A stretch of 64,000 nt of DNA from Botryllus schlosseri (GCA_051294905.1 CM119371.1:372001-436000), one strand, 5' to 3'; positions 27,205 through 40,352 are shown, numbered from the stretch's first letter. The notes: generated by a model from the sequence alone, not told the origin. A program made the numbers and translations.

Positions 27205-28140
27205 AAGCAGAGAAACTGTGTTTATCTGTATTTATAAACATGTTAGAAGTAAGAAGAATGACTAGTAGTTGTTACTGGTGGCGAGAAAACGCAGATATTC
27301 GGATCTGAAATCATTGGTTTGTCAAAAAATATAATTCATAATTTACCTACTTTTCACCTCATATTTCATTCGGGCATTGATGTTTGTCAGATTCCGACCG
27401 ATCCGTTTAGATTGTCGCGTAAACGTCTTTTACGAAAGATGTACCTGAGGAACAGCCTTTCAAATGAGATGCAATCAACTGCAATATAATCAGAAGTGGT
27501 TGTATAAAGTAGAACCAGTAAATCTATCTATACATAGAAAGCACAGTACCCGGCTAAAGTACCCGGCTCTATTTCCTATAGTTTACAGGCACAAATAGTC
27601 AAGATGTAATTGGTGTTACTCAGGTAGAAGTAACGTCATACATTTCTAGTCATGCACAATTCGTTAGTTAGAAGATAAAGGCCAGTTTTTCCCAGAAACT
27701 GAAAGCTGTTCCTGTAGTTTAAGTAGACCAAAATCTTAACCACTCCGATAATTAGTGCTAGTATGCAAAACCTATTTTGGATTTTATTACTGTAAAAAAT
27801 TAAATTGACTTCATTACTGACCACCACTGCTTGCATAGGACCAGATTCAGTTTTCTCGTTTATTTCACGCCCAAGCTTAGCATTGGTTGTGTGTGCTTGA
27901 AGCGAGATGAAATATATTTTGAATATCGGCGGCTACATCGCCATGATCAGCACAAGTGTAGTTATCGGTTTGATCGCTAGCTGATGAAATATCCGGTATT
28001 GGTCAGGCTCTAGTTCAACACACAATGACAGGGGGAAGACTTGAACACCCTACTCATTTTCCAAACTAGCAACTAGAACTAGAATTTTTCAAAACTAGCT
28101 ACTAGAATTACTCATTTTTAAAAATTCGCCAATAGATATA
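27205..28140. repeat. Segmental duplication, paralogous to 33565-33653 + 37407-38290
   Basis: Shared colinear blocks, e.g. tattcggatctgaaatcat, gtttgtcagattccgac, gcttgaagcgagatgaaatatattttga, ggctctagttcaac. Confidence 0.85.
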
Positions 28141-28159
28141 GAAATATGATAAACCCACT

Positions 28160-28489
28160 TTTTATTACTGTTTGGTTATATCGATTACTATCGAATGGCT
28201 TGAATTTTTATTATACTAATTTTCCTCGCTATTAGCAGTTTCTGGTCGAATCTCCGAGTACCAGTACCAAAAGAAGAAATTACAATAGTTTGGTCACTTT
28301 ACTATTCTTTGAAATTACAATGAAATATCAGTCTTGTGTGTCTGAGTCAGATGTCATATGACTTGTTTCGAGTCAACTCAATTCACAGATTGACTTGAGT
28401 CGAGTAATTTTCTTATTTGAGAAAATGACTCGAGTGAAGTCAAGTCATCAGAAAATCGTCGAGTCATGACTCGAGTCATTACAACCCTG
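28160..28489 (-). mobile_element. Family A MITE, partial inverted copy
   Basis: Ends gactcgagtcattacaaccctg. Confidence 0.75.
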
Positions 28490-29187
28490 GATTGTGGTGT
28501 CAAGTATATATGTTTTGGGGTTAGTTAACGCAAAGAAGCTGATCTGATCGATGTATTATCGTCATTGCTACATGTACTTAACCTTAATAAATTGATGTTA
28601 CTTTTTTCAATTTAAACCAACTCATTTGTCAGATCTTGAATCATTAAATTTTTTCAAAAATTTAAATTCATACTTACTCACTTTTAACGTACCCAGTATG
28701 TCTGTCAGACATTGATGATGTGAGTCAGATTGCAACTGATCGGTAGATATTGAAACGCAATTGGCTTTTATGATGAGCTTATGATGCATTGGAGGAGCAG
28801 GCCTTTACATGATATGTTATGTGCGATCATCTTCTGCTTGCAATCCACTGTAACAAAACCAAGAGTGTGGTGTGAAGTAGAATCAATGAGCTGATCAATC
28901 TAGAACAGGTTCTTAGACCCAGGTATTCCTACCAGCAGATGTGGTAGATAGAGAGTTAGTCAGATCAGAATACTCGAATGTGAATCAAGTTTTAATTCTA
29001 ATGAGAGTCGAATAGTAAAATTATGCACGGTAGTCGTTCAATCAATAGAGCTTCAAGGCTGCCGTAGTGTAATAAATATTATTAAAACCATAATTTCTAT
29101 TGATAAATTAACTCCTACTGGTAACAAGTCTAGGACTAGTATGAGTTCATTTATCAACAAAAAGTCATTGTTTTGATAATATTGTAC

Positions 29188-29718
29188 CAGGATTGTAATG
29201 ACTCGAGTCACGATTTTCTGATGACTCGAGTCATTTTATAAAATTACGAAAATTACTCTAGTTGAGTCAATCCGGGTATTGACTCGACTTGGACTCGATT
29301 CATTGCTAATGACTCGAGACACAGACGGCCAAGGCCGACATTTCATAGTAATTTCGAAGAATAGTAAAGTATCCACACTATTGGGATTTCGTCTATTGAT
29401 TCTGGTACTTGAAACTGTGACTAGAAACTGCTATAAGTGAGGAAAATGAGTATATTATAAATGCGAACCATTCGATATTACCAAACAGAGTTATAAAATG
29501 TTGATTTAATCTGACTTTAACTGGAAACTGAGCAGTCAACAACAGTGACTTGGATTCGAGTCATGATACCATGACTCGGGCTTGACCCTCTCCTCGCTGA
29601 CTTGGACTCGGACATGATTCGGTGGTTAATTGAAAATGACTCGACTCCATACCAAATCAAAACTATGAAAGTAAGATTGACTTGTGACTCAGAGCCTTAT
29701 GACTTGGTTACAACTATG
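29188..29718 (+). mobile_element. Family A MITE
   Basis: caggattgtaatgactcgagtc...gacttggttacaactatg, colinear with 7522-8104. Confidence 0.85.
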
Positions 29719-29919
29719 CCTCGCAAGGTATTTTGTTATTGAATAGTATACAGACCTGTACAAGCTTAGGCTATAATTTAGGTAGTTGCCGGAAACTAAC
29801 AACTGGTTTATGAGTAGTTTCAACTTCCAGTCGCATATTTTAAAAAGTGAGTTGTTTTAGTTCGAATAGCGCATTTAAAATGAAAATAAAAATAAAAAAG
29901 GGAAAATACGTGTCATCGT

Positions 29920-30003
29920 TTGGCCCAAATCAATCTTTTGCATTTTCGTTCTTTTCCAATTTATTCCATTCTATTGTGCCGAGACCTTCAGCGGCTTGCG
30001 TTC
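29920..30003 (-). pseudogene. RBM28: RBM28 pseudogene copy 2, truncated GTQAAEG exon
   Basis: tgtgtag acceptor then (G)TQAAEGLGTIEWNKLEK vs RBM28 GTKAAEGVS. Confidence 0.7.
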
Positions 30004-31439
30004 CTACACAGAAAACGACATAGGGTCAATTACGTCAGCATTGTAATTTTGTAGAACTTTTGATAGGTCAATCGGAGGTGGGTTGGCGACTTACTAAGTT
30101 GCGTCATGACTTGGACAAAAAGAATATTTTGAGCTTTTCTGAATTAGATTAGAATTAGAGCTACACAGGTTTCTCCAAATTAGATTAGAACTAGAATTAC
30201 TGATTTTGCAAAAATTGTCTATGGGCCTACACCCTACACCCTTGACTTGCCGACTCGGAATTTCAGAAATGCGGATTGACTCGTGACTCAAAGTCAAATT
30301 TACGAGTCAATTTCAAGTCATCAAGAAATTGGTGTCGCTATAAATCGCTGTATACTTTGGAAATGTTCAGATTGTTCTCGCTACGCAGGTGTGACTTGTT
30401 GGAGCGACAGATCTCATTCATTCAACGGTAGGAGGTATCTATAACTTTTCTATAGACTGGTCATAGGTAACCAAATCGCTTGTATGATCTAATATTATGA
30501 ATCAAATTCGAATTTAGTTTACAAGTTATATTACTAGTCGAGCATTGGCGTAGGCTTAATTTTTATCTCATGGATATGTTGTTAGGTAATGTATTATACC
30601 AATTCGTCTCCGCTATCTCAGGTTTCGTGTTCTAGTCTCTATTTTGGCGGATACATTAAAGACTGTGAATCTAACAGTTACGTATTTTACCAGTACTATG
30701 CATTTTGGAGCTATACAGCGCATATCTGCATGTGTAATTATCTCATATTCATCCCTCGATTTAAAATAAATGGCGACTCAATCTGAATTTTGAACAGCTA
30801 GCAAAATGCAATGTGTTGCCTTGTGCTCCGAAAACACAACTTGACTTAAATTGTGAGTTGACTTGACTTGATTCGAGTCAACATTTGCAGTGACTTAAGA
30901 TGACTTGTAACTCGAAAGTAGTGACTTGATCCCAACACTCCTGACGGAACAGTGAGACATAGCATATTTTGCATCAATCACCAATGGCTCAGCAAGTACA
31001 TGATACTACAATAGATTAGTGAAAAACACAGATGGATAGCTTCTCGCAGCATAGAGGCAACTAGAATGGAACATGGCAGTATTGAAAAATCATTTATTTG
31101 CTGTCCAATCATGGTAGTTTTCTGAAGAAAATGGCTACAACCTAAAATTTTATCACAATTTTATGTTTAATTTGTTACAACATCATTTTAGAGCGCATGA
31201 CCCTTGAAAATAATTTTTGGAATATTTTTTGTACGACAATATTTCTCAAAAACTGTTGCTTCAGCAATACTTAAAAACATTTTTAGCTTATCGTAAAACA
31301 AAATGAGGTCGCATGTAAATGCTGGTTTTATTTTCGTTTTAATTGGGGTCGCCTATTAAGAAGCTGCCGACCGATGGTCTAGAGTAGGCCAGCCCCACAA
31401 TAATGACGAGTTTTTTGCTGAACATTGGACCGCACATAC

Positions 31440-31584
31440 CTGATCTTAAGAAACCGTCCCTGCCGAGATGCAAATTCCTCTTGCTTTCCATCTCGTTCTT
31501 TTACTTCTTCTGTTGATTTATCATCCATTCACGTCTGCTCTCAGCTGGATTAACTCGAACCTCATTCCCGTCGAGGTTGTTGCC
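31440..31584 (-). pseudogene. RBM28: RBM28 pseudogene copy 2, exon after RRM3 core
   Basis: GNNLDGNEVRVNPAESRREWMINQQKK*KNEMESKRNLHLGRDGFLRS; ttgcag/gtatgt splice sites; in-frame TAA. Confidence 0.8.
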
Positions 31585-32476
31585 CTGCAATGGTAGTCAC
31601 AAATATGTTAACAGATCGACTTGTACAATGGGGAGAGTTAAAAAAAAATTTTTTCAACTTTAATTTTTCAAGTTGTCAGGTTACCTTAAAAACGCGTTGC
31701 TCACCAAATTTGACTCAATTCCAACCAGTAAGTAGATGCCGAGTTCATTCAAACTGAAATTTTGCTCAGTTTTGAAATAATAGTATTTACGGTGACCAAT
31801 TTCGACACACCGACATGACCAAAATCATGTTCCAGGTATGCCTTAAGTGGGAGGGATGTCTTCTCCATTTGTTTTGATCTTGATAGGGTGGAGTGTGGAG
31901 TTTGGTGAAGACATCGCCAGTAAACGAAAAAAAAAGATGTGACATGGATTAGCTGGAAATTATTCCACTTCATTGAAATAGACACGTTTAAACGATGGTG
32001 AGATTATTTTCAAATAGAGTAGGCCTACTTTATGCGCTGAAATTAAGTGACCTGACGATTTGACAACCAGGTCGATGAAATTTAAAAAAAAAGTTATTTT
32101 GACCACCCCTATCTTGCAGGTATTGCTAGCTCAGAATCATGACTACTGACAGGCTGAGGATGGGTTTTGAGCGTCAGAACTCCTTCTATTTCAAGCTTGA
32201 AACACCGTCCTTTTGAAAAGCCGATTCTATCTCCAATACTTCTCAGTTCATTTGTATTTCAGTAGTATGTATTATTATCAGTTATTAGTTAGTTGTGTTT
32301 TATTTAGTAGGGCATCGGATTTTCAAAGGTCGTTAGTTCTAGATCTGATAGAAGATGTAAAGTTTTGCAAAGTGAGTACAGATTTTGAAAATCCAGCAGT
32401 TTGTACAAGTCTGGTTACGGCGCCGGAATAGTGGTTTACAAGTAAGCATGGTCGTATCTACACACGTTTTCCTTAC

Positions 32477-32559
32477 CATTCAGCGAGTCGATACAATTTG
32501 GTCTTGAATTGGACGAGAGCACATCCCTTGCACATGCCAATGGTGGAATTGATGGAGAC
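32477..32559 (-). pseudogene. RBM28: RBM28 pseudogene copy 2, RRM3 RNP1 exon
   Basis: VSINSTIGMCKGCALVQFKT, frameshifting deletion, then NCIDSLN; cag/gtaag splice sites. Confidence 0.75.
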
Positions 32560-34379
32560 CTGAATACCAGATGTCAAAGTGACAGCAACATATTAAAATA
32601 TACGAAAACGTGCTGGAAAACAATGAACATGTATCTGATCGCCATACCTACAATGCATCTAATATCAAAAAGGAAGCATCAAGTTTCTCATTAAATTCGA
32701 CTTTTTATGTTTGCTTTCGACTTCCACGCACTTGCCGTTTACACACATTGAGTTCATTTTGATTTTTGGATGACGATTTTGATTCACATAATTGGAATTT
32801 TTTGTCAACTTGATTTGAGTTGAGTCATCTTCATGGAAAAGGAAAATGGAAAATGACTCGAGGCAACTTGAGACACTTTATGTGTGGTGTCAATTTGTAG
32901 GCCTACTACAGTCATTGCGCAAGACTCAATGAAGTCATATGACTCAAACATTCTATACAACTTGATTGAAGTCTCGTGTATCAGGATCAATACTTGACTC
33001 TGCGACTGGAGCCAAGACGAGTCAAGTCATGACTCCATTTATTACAAGCCTGAATGTAGCCACCGTATTGTCATTAAATGTTACGAAAATATTGTATATC
33101 CGCGTTTCTGTTGCTGATTATCAGTGAATCAAAAAGATGATTCTTGCCATTTTAAAAGCTATTACTGGGAAATTATTACCAAAAGCCTGCGACTCATTTA
33201 GTCAATCTATTTAGTCAACTTATAATTAAGTACTTATCAGAACTCCTGCTTTTGAATATTACTTCAAGTAGTTGTAACAAGTCTCAAATCACCCATAATT
33301 GATAAGAAATTAAGGGGTCGACTTCAGACTTCCTACCAAGTGTCGGAGATTCATCTAGGCTCCCCCTTGTCATATCATCTGTGTAAGCAGTGTCTTATAA
33401 AAGCCCAGACGCGGGCCGTGCTACAAGTCGGCAGCTAAAGGATAGAAATGAAGAAAATTGGTCTGGTTTTAATGACCATGGTAGTCAACAAACACCATGA
33501 ACACCACAAACAACAACATAATTACTTTTACTTCAACCACATGATAGTGCAAGGCTAGAGCAAGAGCTAGAAACTGTGTTTACCTGCAGTCATACACATG
33601 TTAGGAGTGAAAAGAATGAGTATATCATGGTTTTTACTGGTGCTGCCAACAACCAGTGTTGGGATGACTCGAGTCACTTTTTTCGTATGACTTGACTTGA
33701 CTTGGCGTGTCAGAAATGTGGTTTGACTCGTGACTCGGAGAAAAGGTTTCTAGTCAATTTCAAGTCATCAAGTAACAGTGTCGATAAAAATGGCTGATCT
33801 TGCATATATTCGAATTGTTCTCGATACGCTGGTGTCACATGTAAGAGCGAGCAATCACTATTTTGAATGATAATTATAGATTGAGGCTTAGGGTGGAGTG
33901 AAAAAAAGAAAATTTTGAATTTCAAAAAGTGCCTCTGATATTTGGTCCCAAATCAAAAATGAATAACTTCTATCATAATTTCAGGTTCTTACGCCCTCTA
34001 GTGGCCGAGCTAATTCACCAAACGAGTCGAAAATAGCTAATTTTGCCATATCCTGATAACCGCTTATGCTAGAAAGCCAGTTTTGGGTTTAAAATCTGCG
34101 GAAGCAACATGTTTCTATCTCACTTCCATAGAACTTTGTCCTGAAAATGTACAGAAAAAAAGTTACAAGCAAATTGTCGATTTTTAGACCGCCATTAAAA
34201 GTGTTGGATGGTTGTACCAAATTTGCAATGCCAATTAACATGTTACTGTTTGTTACATTGCTGCTTTAACAACGAAATCTTGTTTGAAGGACTTATCAGT
34301 TGATTTTTATATCAACCTAGTATAATTTGGATAGTAGAGAGCATGATTGAACTTTCTTCATAGTTGTAAAGGAGCTACA

Positions 34380-35442
34380 TGACCATTGGATTTGGTACAA
34401 TGTATTTTCCATAAACGAGTTTCCTATCGCGCGAAAAGTCAATCAACTGATATTGAAATTTAGTCAACTAACTCAGTTTCACAAGAAATCTAGAACATCA
34501 AATTCTTATAAAGAAATGGAAACTACGTTCTTGCAAGATATTGATAAGCTTTTTGGCATCTTCTGCTGCGATAGCAAACAGAGAGATGGAATTTCACTCC
34601 AATGTGGCTTAAGGATGGCACCAAAGGATTTGAAGATCAAAAAGCAGAGCGCAAGGGAAAATGTTTGGTTGACGCTGTGTCTCTTTCATCAGCTGACAAA
34701 AGATTTCGAAGGCAGTCAAGCTCAATCCAACAACCCGGTGCTTCTAATGCAGGTGCCAGCACTTCTATTGGGCAATTCAGCTTTAATCAAAGTGATTCAG
34801 AGTCAATGCAATCTTAATCAACATCTTCTGGTAATGATTCAACTTTTATAGGAGGTGCTCAACCATCAAACCAAAAGCATGTGTTGGGGATCAACAGGGC
34901 AAGAGTTTGTGAACGGTATGATGTATTGGACCTTACAGGAGCTGCTGCTCCAACTTGTGTATTGCAATATGTTGGAATAATCAACTAAAAAAGTGATTCG
35001 TTTGTGGTAGATCACGGCAAATAACGAGGAGAGAGAGAGAAAGGTGCAGAAAAGAAATTCAAAGAAGAGAAGCAGAAAACTTAAATCTTGTGTATGGACT
35101 CTACTTCGACGGAAGAAAACATGACACTTTAAATATGGTTGAGGCACCCACTGAGAATTCTCTATGACAACAGAGCTGGAGGAACATATTGTTTTAGTAG
35201 GAGAACCAGGTGAGTATTACCTCAGTCACTTGTCACCTCCCAATGGAAAAGGTCGTATTTTGGCAAGAAATATATCAGTTTATTTCCAACACCGACCTCT
35301 GCAAAAACCCAGCTATTGTGAGATCAGACGGTACAGCTTCAATGACAGGGAGATTCAAAGGCTGCATTTGTGCAATGGAAGAAATTTTACAAAGACCACT
35401 TCAATGGGCTATCTGCTTGCTTCATGGTAATGAGCTGCCATT
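34380..35442 (+). pseudogene. Disrupted transposase N-terminal half (left arm)
   Basis: Fragments FLQDIDKLFGIFCCD, GLYFDGRK, EEHIVLVGEPGEYYLSH, RSDGTASMTG, LQRPLQWAICLLHGNELP; multiple frameshifts and stops. Confidence 0.8.
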
Positions 35443-35499
35443 CTACATATCCGCCTTGAAAGTTGTAATTTATAATCTTGTATTTCGTGTTTGAATTAC

Positions 35500-36568
35500 G
35501 CATTGCTGTGAAAACATATCGTAATGGCAGCTCATTACCATGAAGCAAGCAGATAGCCCATTGTAAAAGTTCATTGCACGAATGCAGCCTTTGAATCTCC
35601 CTGTCATTGAAGCTGTGCTGTCTGATCCCACGACACCTGGGTTTTTGCAGAGTTTGGTGTTGGAAATAAACTGATACATTTCTTGCCAAAACACGACCTT
35701 TTCCATTGGGAGGTGACAAGTGACCGAGGTAATACTCACCTGGTTCTCCTACTAAAACAATATGTTCCTTCAGCTCTGTTGTCATAGAGCATTTTCCAGT
35801 GGGTGCCTCGACCATATTCAAGGTGTCCTCTTTTCTTCCATCGAAGTAGAGTCCAGACACAAGATTTAGGTTTTCTGCTTCTTCTCTTTGTATTTCTTTT
35901 CTGCACCTTTCGCTCTCTCCTCGTAATTTGCCGTGATCTACCACAAACGAATCACTTTTTTAGTTGATTATTCCGACATATTGCAACACACAAGTTGCAG
36001 CAGCAGCTCCTGTAAGGTCCAATACATTATACCGTTCACAAACTCTTGCCAAGTTGATCCCCAACACATGGTTTTGGTTTGATGGTTGAGCACCTCCAAT
36101 AAAAATTGAATCATTACCAGAAGATGTTGATTGAGATTGCATTGACTCTGAATCACTTCGATTAAAGCTGAATTGCCCAATAGAAGTGCTGGCACCTGCA
36201 TTAGAATCACCGGTTGTTGGATTTAGCTTGACTGCCTTCGAAATCTTTCGTCAGCTGATGAAAGAGGCACAGCGTCAACCAAACATTTTCCCTTGCGCTC
36301 TGCTTTTTGATCTTCAAATCCTTCTGTGCCATCCTTAAGCCACATTGGAGTGAAATTTCATCTCTCTGTTTGCTATCGCAGCAGAAGATGCCAAAAAGCT
36401 TATCAATATCTTGCAAGAACGTAGTTTCCATTTCTTTATAAGAATTTGATGTTCTAGATTTCTTGTGATACTGAGTTAGTTGACTAAATTTCAACATCAG
36501 TTGATTGACTTTTCGCGCGATAGGAAACTCATTCATGGAAAATACATTGTATCAAATCCAATGGTCAT
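35500..36568 (-). pseudogene. Disrupted transposase N-terminal half (right arm)
   Basis: ORF 35387-35944 gives GLYFDGRKEDT, EHIVLVGEPG and ICLLHGNELPLRYVF (CxxH motif); GSDSTASMTG lies in another frame. Confidence 0.8.
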
Positions 36569-38229
36569 GTAGCTCCTTTGCAACTATGAAGAAAGTTCAA
36601 TCATGCTCTCTACTATCCAAATTATACTAGGTTGATATAAAAATCAACTGATAAGTCCTTCAAACAAGATTTCATTGTTAAAGCAGCAATGCAACAAACA
36701 GTAACATGCTAATTAGCATTGCAAATTTGGTACAACCATCCAACACTTTTAATGGCGGTCTAAAATTCGACAATTTGCTTGTAACTTTTTTTCTGTACAT
36801 TTTCAGGACAAAGTTCTATGGAAGTGAGATAGAAACATGTTGCTTCCACAGATTTTAAACCCAAAACTGGCTTTCTAGCACAAGCGGTTATCAGGATATG
36901 GCAAAATTAGCTATTTTCGACTCGTTTGGTGAATTAGCTCGGCCACTAGAGGGCGTAAGAACCTGAAATTTTAATAGAAGTTATTCATTTTTGATTTGGG
37001 ACCAAATATCAGAGGCACTTTTTGAAATTCAAAATTTTCTTTTTTTCACTCCACCCTATGAGGCTATACGGTTATTTGAGTACTTTATCAGTTCTACGCA
37101 TGCGTGGGCGATACGAAGCCTTTTTTTTACGTGTATTTTAAACTAGGTATAGTCGTCCCACGGTTCCAAACTAATGGCAACTTCCAAACAGCTACCGGTA
37201 TCAAAATGCGATGACGCAATTATGCTTCGTACTTCAAAACATCAACTTGAATTGAACTATGACTTGACTCGTGACTTGACTTGACTCGACTCAACTCGAG
37301 CCACCTTTGAAAATAGGATGACTTGACGTGACTGGAGTCAAATTTCAATGACTTAGAATGACTTGTGACTCGAAGGTAGTGACTTGGTTCAAACACTGCC
37401 GACAACACGCCACTATTCGGATCTGAAATCATGGATTTGCCAAAATATTGTAATTTATAATTTACTCACTTTTCACCTCCTCGTGTGTCAGTTGAACATT
37501 TACGTTTGTCAGATTCCGACTGAACGGTTGAGATTGTCATGCAAACGTCTTTCACGAAAGGAATTTAGATGTATCGGAGGAACAACCTCTCAAATGAGAT
37601 GTTATGTACAATGATATTCTGATGGCAATTCACTGTAATAAAAGCAAGAGTTGTTGCATAAAGTAGATTCAGTAAATGTAGTCATCTATAGAAAGCACAG
37701 CACCCGACCATATTCATCTACTGTCTATAGTCACAGGCTGAAATGGTCAAGTTTTCCTCAGTGTTACTCAGGTAGAAGTAACATCATACGTTTCTACTCA
37801 AGTGCAATTTACAAGTAACTTGAAAGACTAATGCCAGTTTTGCCAGAAAAATGAAAACTGTTCAGGTAGAAGTGTAAGTAGTCCCAGATCATAACAACTC
37901 GAGTACGGTAATTAGTACTAGTATGCAAAACTTATTTGAGATTTAGGTACTTTAAGAAAAATTCAAATGACTTCATTACTGACCACCACCGCTTGCAGAG
38001 GACCTGATTTGGTTTTCTAGTTTATTTCACGTCCAAGCTTAGCAATGGATGTGTGTGCTTGAAGCGAGATGAAATATATTTTGAGCATCGGCGGCTACAT
38101 CGGATTGATCAGCAAAGGTTTAGTTATCGGTTTGATGGGTAGTTCATGAGATAACCGGTAATAGTCAGGCTCTAGTTCAACCCACAATGGCAGGGGGCAG
38201 ACTGGTACATCATACTCAACCAACCATTA

Positions 38230-38750
38230 AACCGGGAACTACTTAATTTTTAAAACAAGCAGCTATAACTACTTATTTTCAAATCTAGTAACTAGAATTA
38301 CTCATTTTTCAAAATTCGCCACTAGAAATAGAAATTTAATTACTCATTTTTTAACAATTAGCAACTTGAGTTGGAACTACGCTATTTTTAAAATCCGTCA
38401 ATAGAACTAGAACTACTTATTTTTCAAAACTAGCAATTCGATCTGGAACTACTCAAGTTTTCGAAACAAGTAACTAGAATTACTCATTTTTCAAAATTCG
38501 CTACTAGAAATAGAAATTTAATTACTCAATTTTTAACAATTAACAACTTGAGTTGGAACTACGCTATTTTTAAAATCCGTTACTAGAACTAGAACTACTT
38601 ATTTTTCAAAACTAGCAATTAGAACTGGAACTACTCAAGTTTTCAAAACAAGTAACTAGAAATAGAAGTATAATCACTCAATTTTTGAAAATTAGCAACT
38701 CGAGTCAAAACCGGAACTACGATCTTTTCAAAATCCGTAGCTAGAACTAG
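38230..38750. repeat. Tandem array of ~36-bp actagaact/ttttcaaaa units with a 182-bp higher-order duplication
   Basis: 38287-38468 repeated at 38469-38650 (period 182 checked at two anchors); the unit is related to dispersed agtagttctagtt repeats elsewhere in the window. Confidence 0.85.
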
Positions 38751-38760
38751 GACTGGCTAC

Positions 38761-38890
38761 TAGTGTGGAGTGAAAAATGAAAAATTTTGAATTTTAAAAC
38801 GGACACTTGATATGTGGTGCCAAATTAAAAAAAAAATTCTATAATAATTTTGGGCTCGTGCACCCTCTAGTTGTCGAAATTGACTAGACT
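38761..38890 (+). mobile_element. Diverged left-end fragment of the foldback's parent family
   Basis: tagtgtggagtgaaaaa...aaattttgaatttt...ccctctagt resembles 33889-34005. Confidence 0.6.
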
Positions 38891-38909
38891 TTACTATAGT
38901 AAATCTGTA

Positions 38910-39353
38910 TAATGACTCAGTTTGAACGCGAGTCATTGCGCATGACTCTGACCAAGTGATATGACTCGAGTCTGAAACGGCCAAGACCAAAATACCATTA
39001 CAATTTCGAAGAATAGTGAAGTAACCACAGTGCTGGTATTTCCTCAATTGCTACTGCTACTTGAAAATGCAATCTGAAAATGTTCAAAATGCGAAAATCA
39101 GTTTATATGTTTTAAATGTCAACCATTCAATATCGCCAGATATCGTTATAAAAAGTAGTTTTAACAAGACTAAATCGAAACCGAGCAGTCAATGAAATGA
39201 CTTCGACTCGGACTCGAGTCATAATATCATGACTTGGACTTGACCCTCTGCTCGCTGACTTGGACTCGGAATGACTCGATGGTGAATTAAAAATGACTCG
39301 ACTTGACTCGAGTTGAAACTATAAAAGTAAGATTGACTTGTGACTCGGAGCCT
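38910..39353 (+). mobile_element. Family A MITE, truncated
   Basis: Colinear with ~7660-8085. Confidence 0.75.
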
Positions 39354-40271
39354 GTATGGTTGTCACTAAATGATTAAGAACTTCAACGTCACAAGATTTG
39401 AAAATAATATGTTCTGTTTTGGAATGACCGCAAGATCAGACTACAGCTTCAATGACTACATCTACTTACTCAACCTTGTAAATTGTGAATTTAACACTCA
39501 CACACATACCTACACACAATCACGTGTCACCTTTCTGTGAATCGTGATATCGGTGTTCTATTGTGCGTTGTTCTTGCGTTGTTCTTGTGCGTCATCACTA
39601 CTAACAGCGGTTAAGCCCGGTGGTGGATTTTGATTCACGGAACCCCTTTCATCGCAAGCTCGATATCCTGGCCTTTTGTAATGCCGAATCTATCTCCAAT
39701 ATTTTTTAGGTTGTTTGTGATTCAGTAATTCGTGTTATCCATTATTTGTCAGCTCTGTTTTAGTTAGTTGGTTTCAAGTTATCATTTGAAGACAGTTAGT
39801 TCTATAAAATATAGTCTAGTTGTGGTTGCGAATTTTGGAAAATGAGTACCGTACAGATTTTGTAGATCCAATAGTTAGTAAATGTCTTGTTGCAGCGCCG
39901 TAACAGTGGATTGAAAGTACCACTTAGCATGGACGCATATAAATTAGTGCGGAGAATGGACCGGAGCCGGGTTGCATATTTCTCTCTCTATGGATAAGCA
40001 TGACGTTTGTAACTAAATAACTACCAACCAACAACACGCAAGTAACCGCCAAGCCAGTGCGAAAAGAAACGAGCTGTATTTTTAAATTCATGGAACCACC
40101 GTACCGTGTTAGGTCGGATTTCCAGCAGGACTTTTTAATTTTTTGCCGGAGCCGGATCAGTACTTTTTCCTGATACGGCCGGATCCGGACTAGAGAATTG
40201 ACAAACCGGAACGAAGCCGGACCAGAGAATTTGTCGATCCGCTCCTCGCTAATATACATACTTTTCCTCAC

Positions 40272-40352
40272 CATTCAGCTCGCCGATACAATTTGTCGTT
40301 TCTTCCGGGGTCTTGGATTGGACGTAAGCACATCTCTTGGAGTGGCTGATGG
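40272..40352 (-). pseudogene. RBM28: RBM28 RRM3 RNP1 exon copy
   Basis: KRCAYVQSKTPEETTNCIGELN then gtgagg donor; paralogous to 22289-22356 and 32477-32559. Confidence 0.7.

Larger units (their letters stand above)
33889..37058. mobile_element. Foldback element: two inverted copies of a hAT-like (hATm/hATw-type) left end plus 5' half transposase
   Basis: Arms 33889-35442 and 35523-37058 are reverse complements; TAGGGTGGAGTG termini; perfect 7-bp TSD tgaggct (33882-33888, 37059-37065). Confidence 0.95.
33654..37398. mobile_element. MITE family B (CAGTGTT termini, gactt/gactc repeats), host of the 3.17-kb foldback
   Basis: cagtgttggg...caaacactg; TSD ccaacaac/ccgacaac; the paralogous site near 27280 lacks the insertion; related copies at ~30240-30940 and ~51145-51300. 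Confidence 0.8.

Noticed and set aside
35387..35944. 185-aa ORF as a functional transposase
   Set aside because: Truncated, internally frameshifted (the DxT motif lies in another frame) and lacking the C-terminal half
38287..38650. ~36-bp periodic repeats as CRISPR
   Set aside because: Units are contiguous and degenerate with no unique spacers
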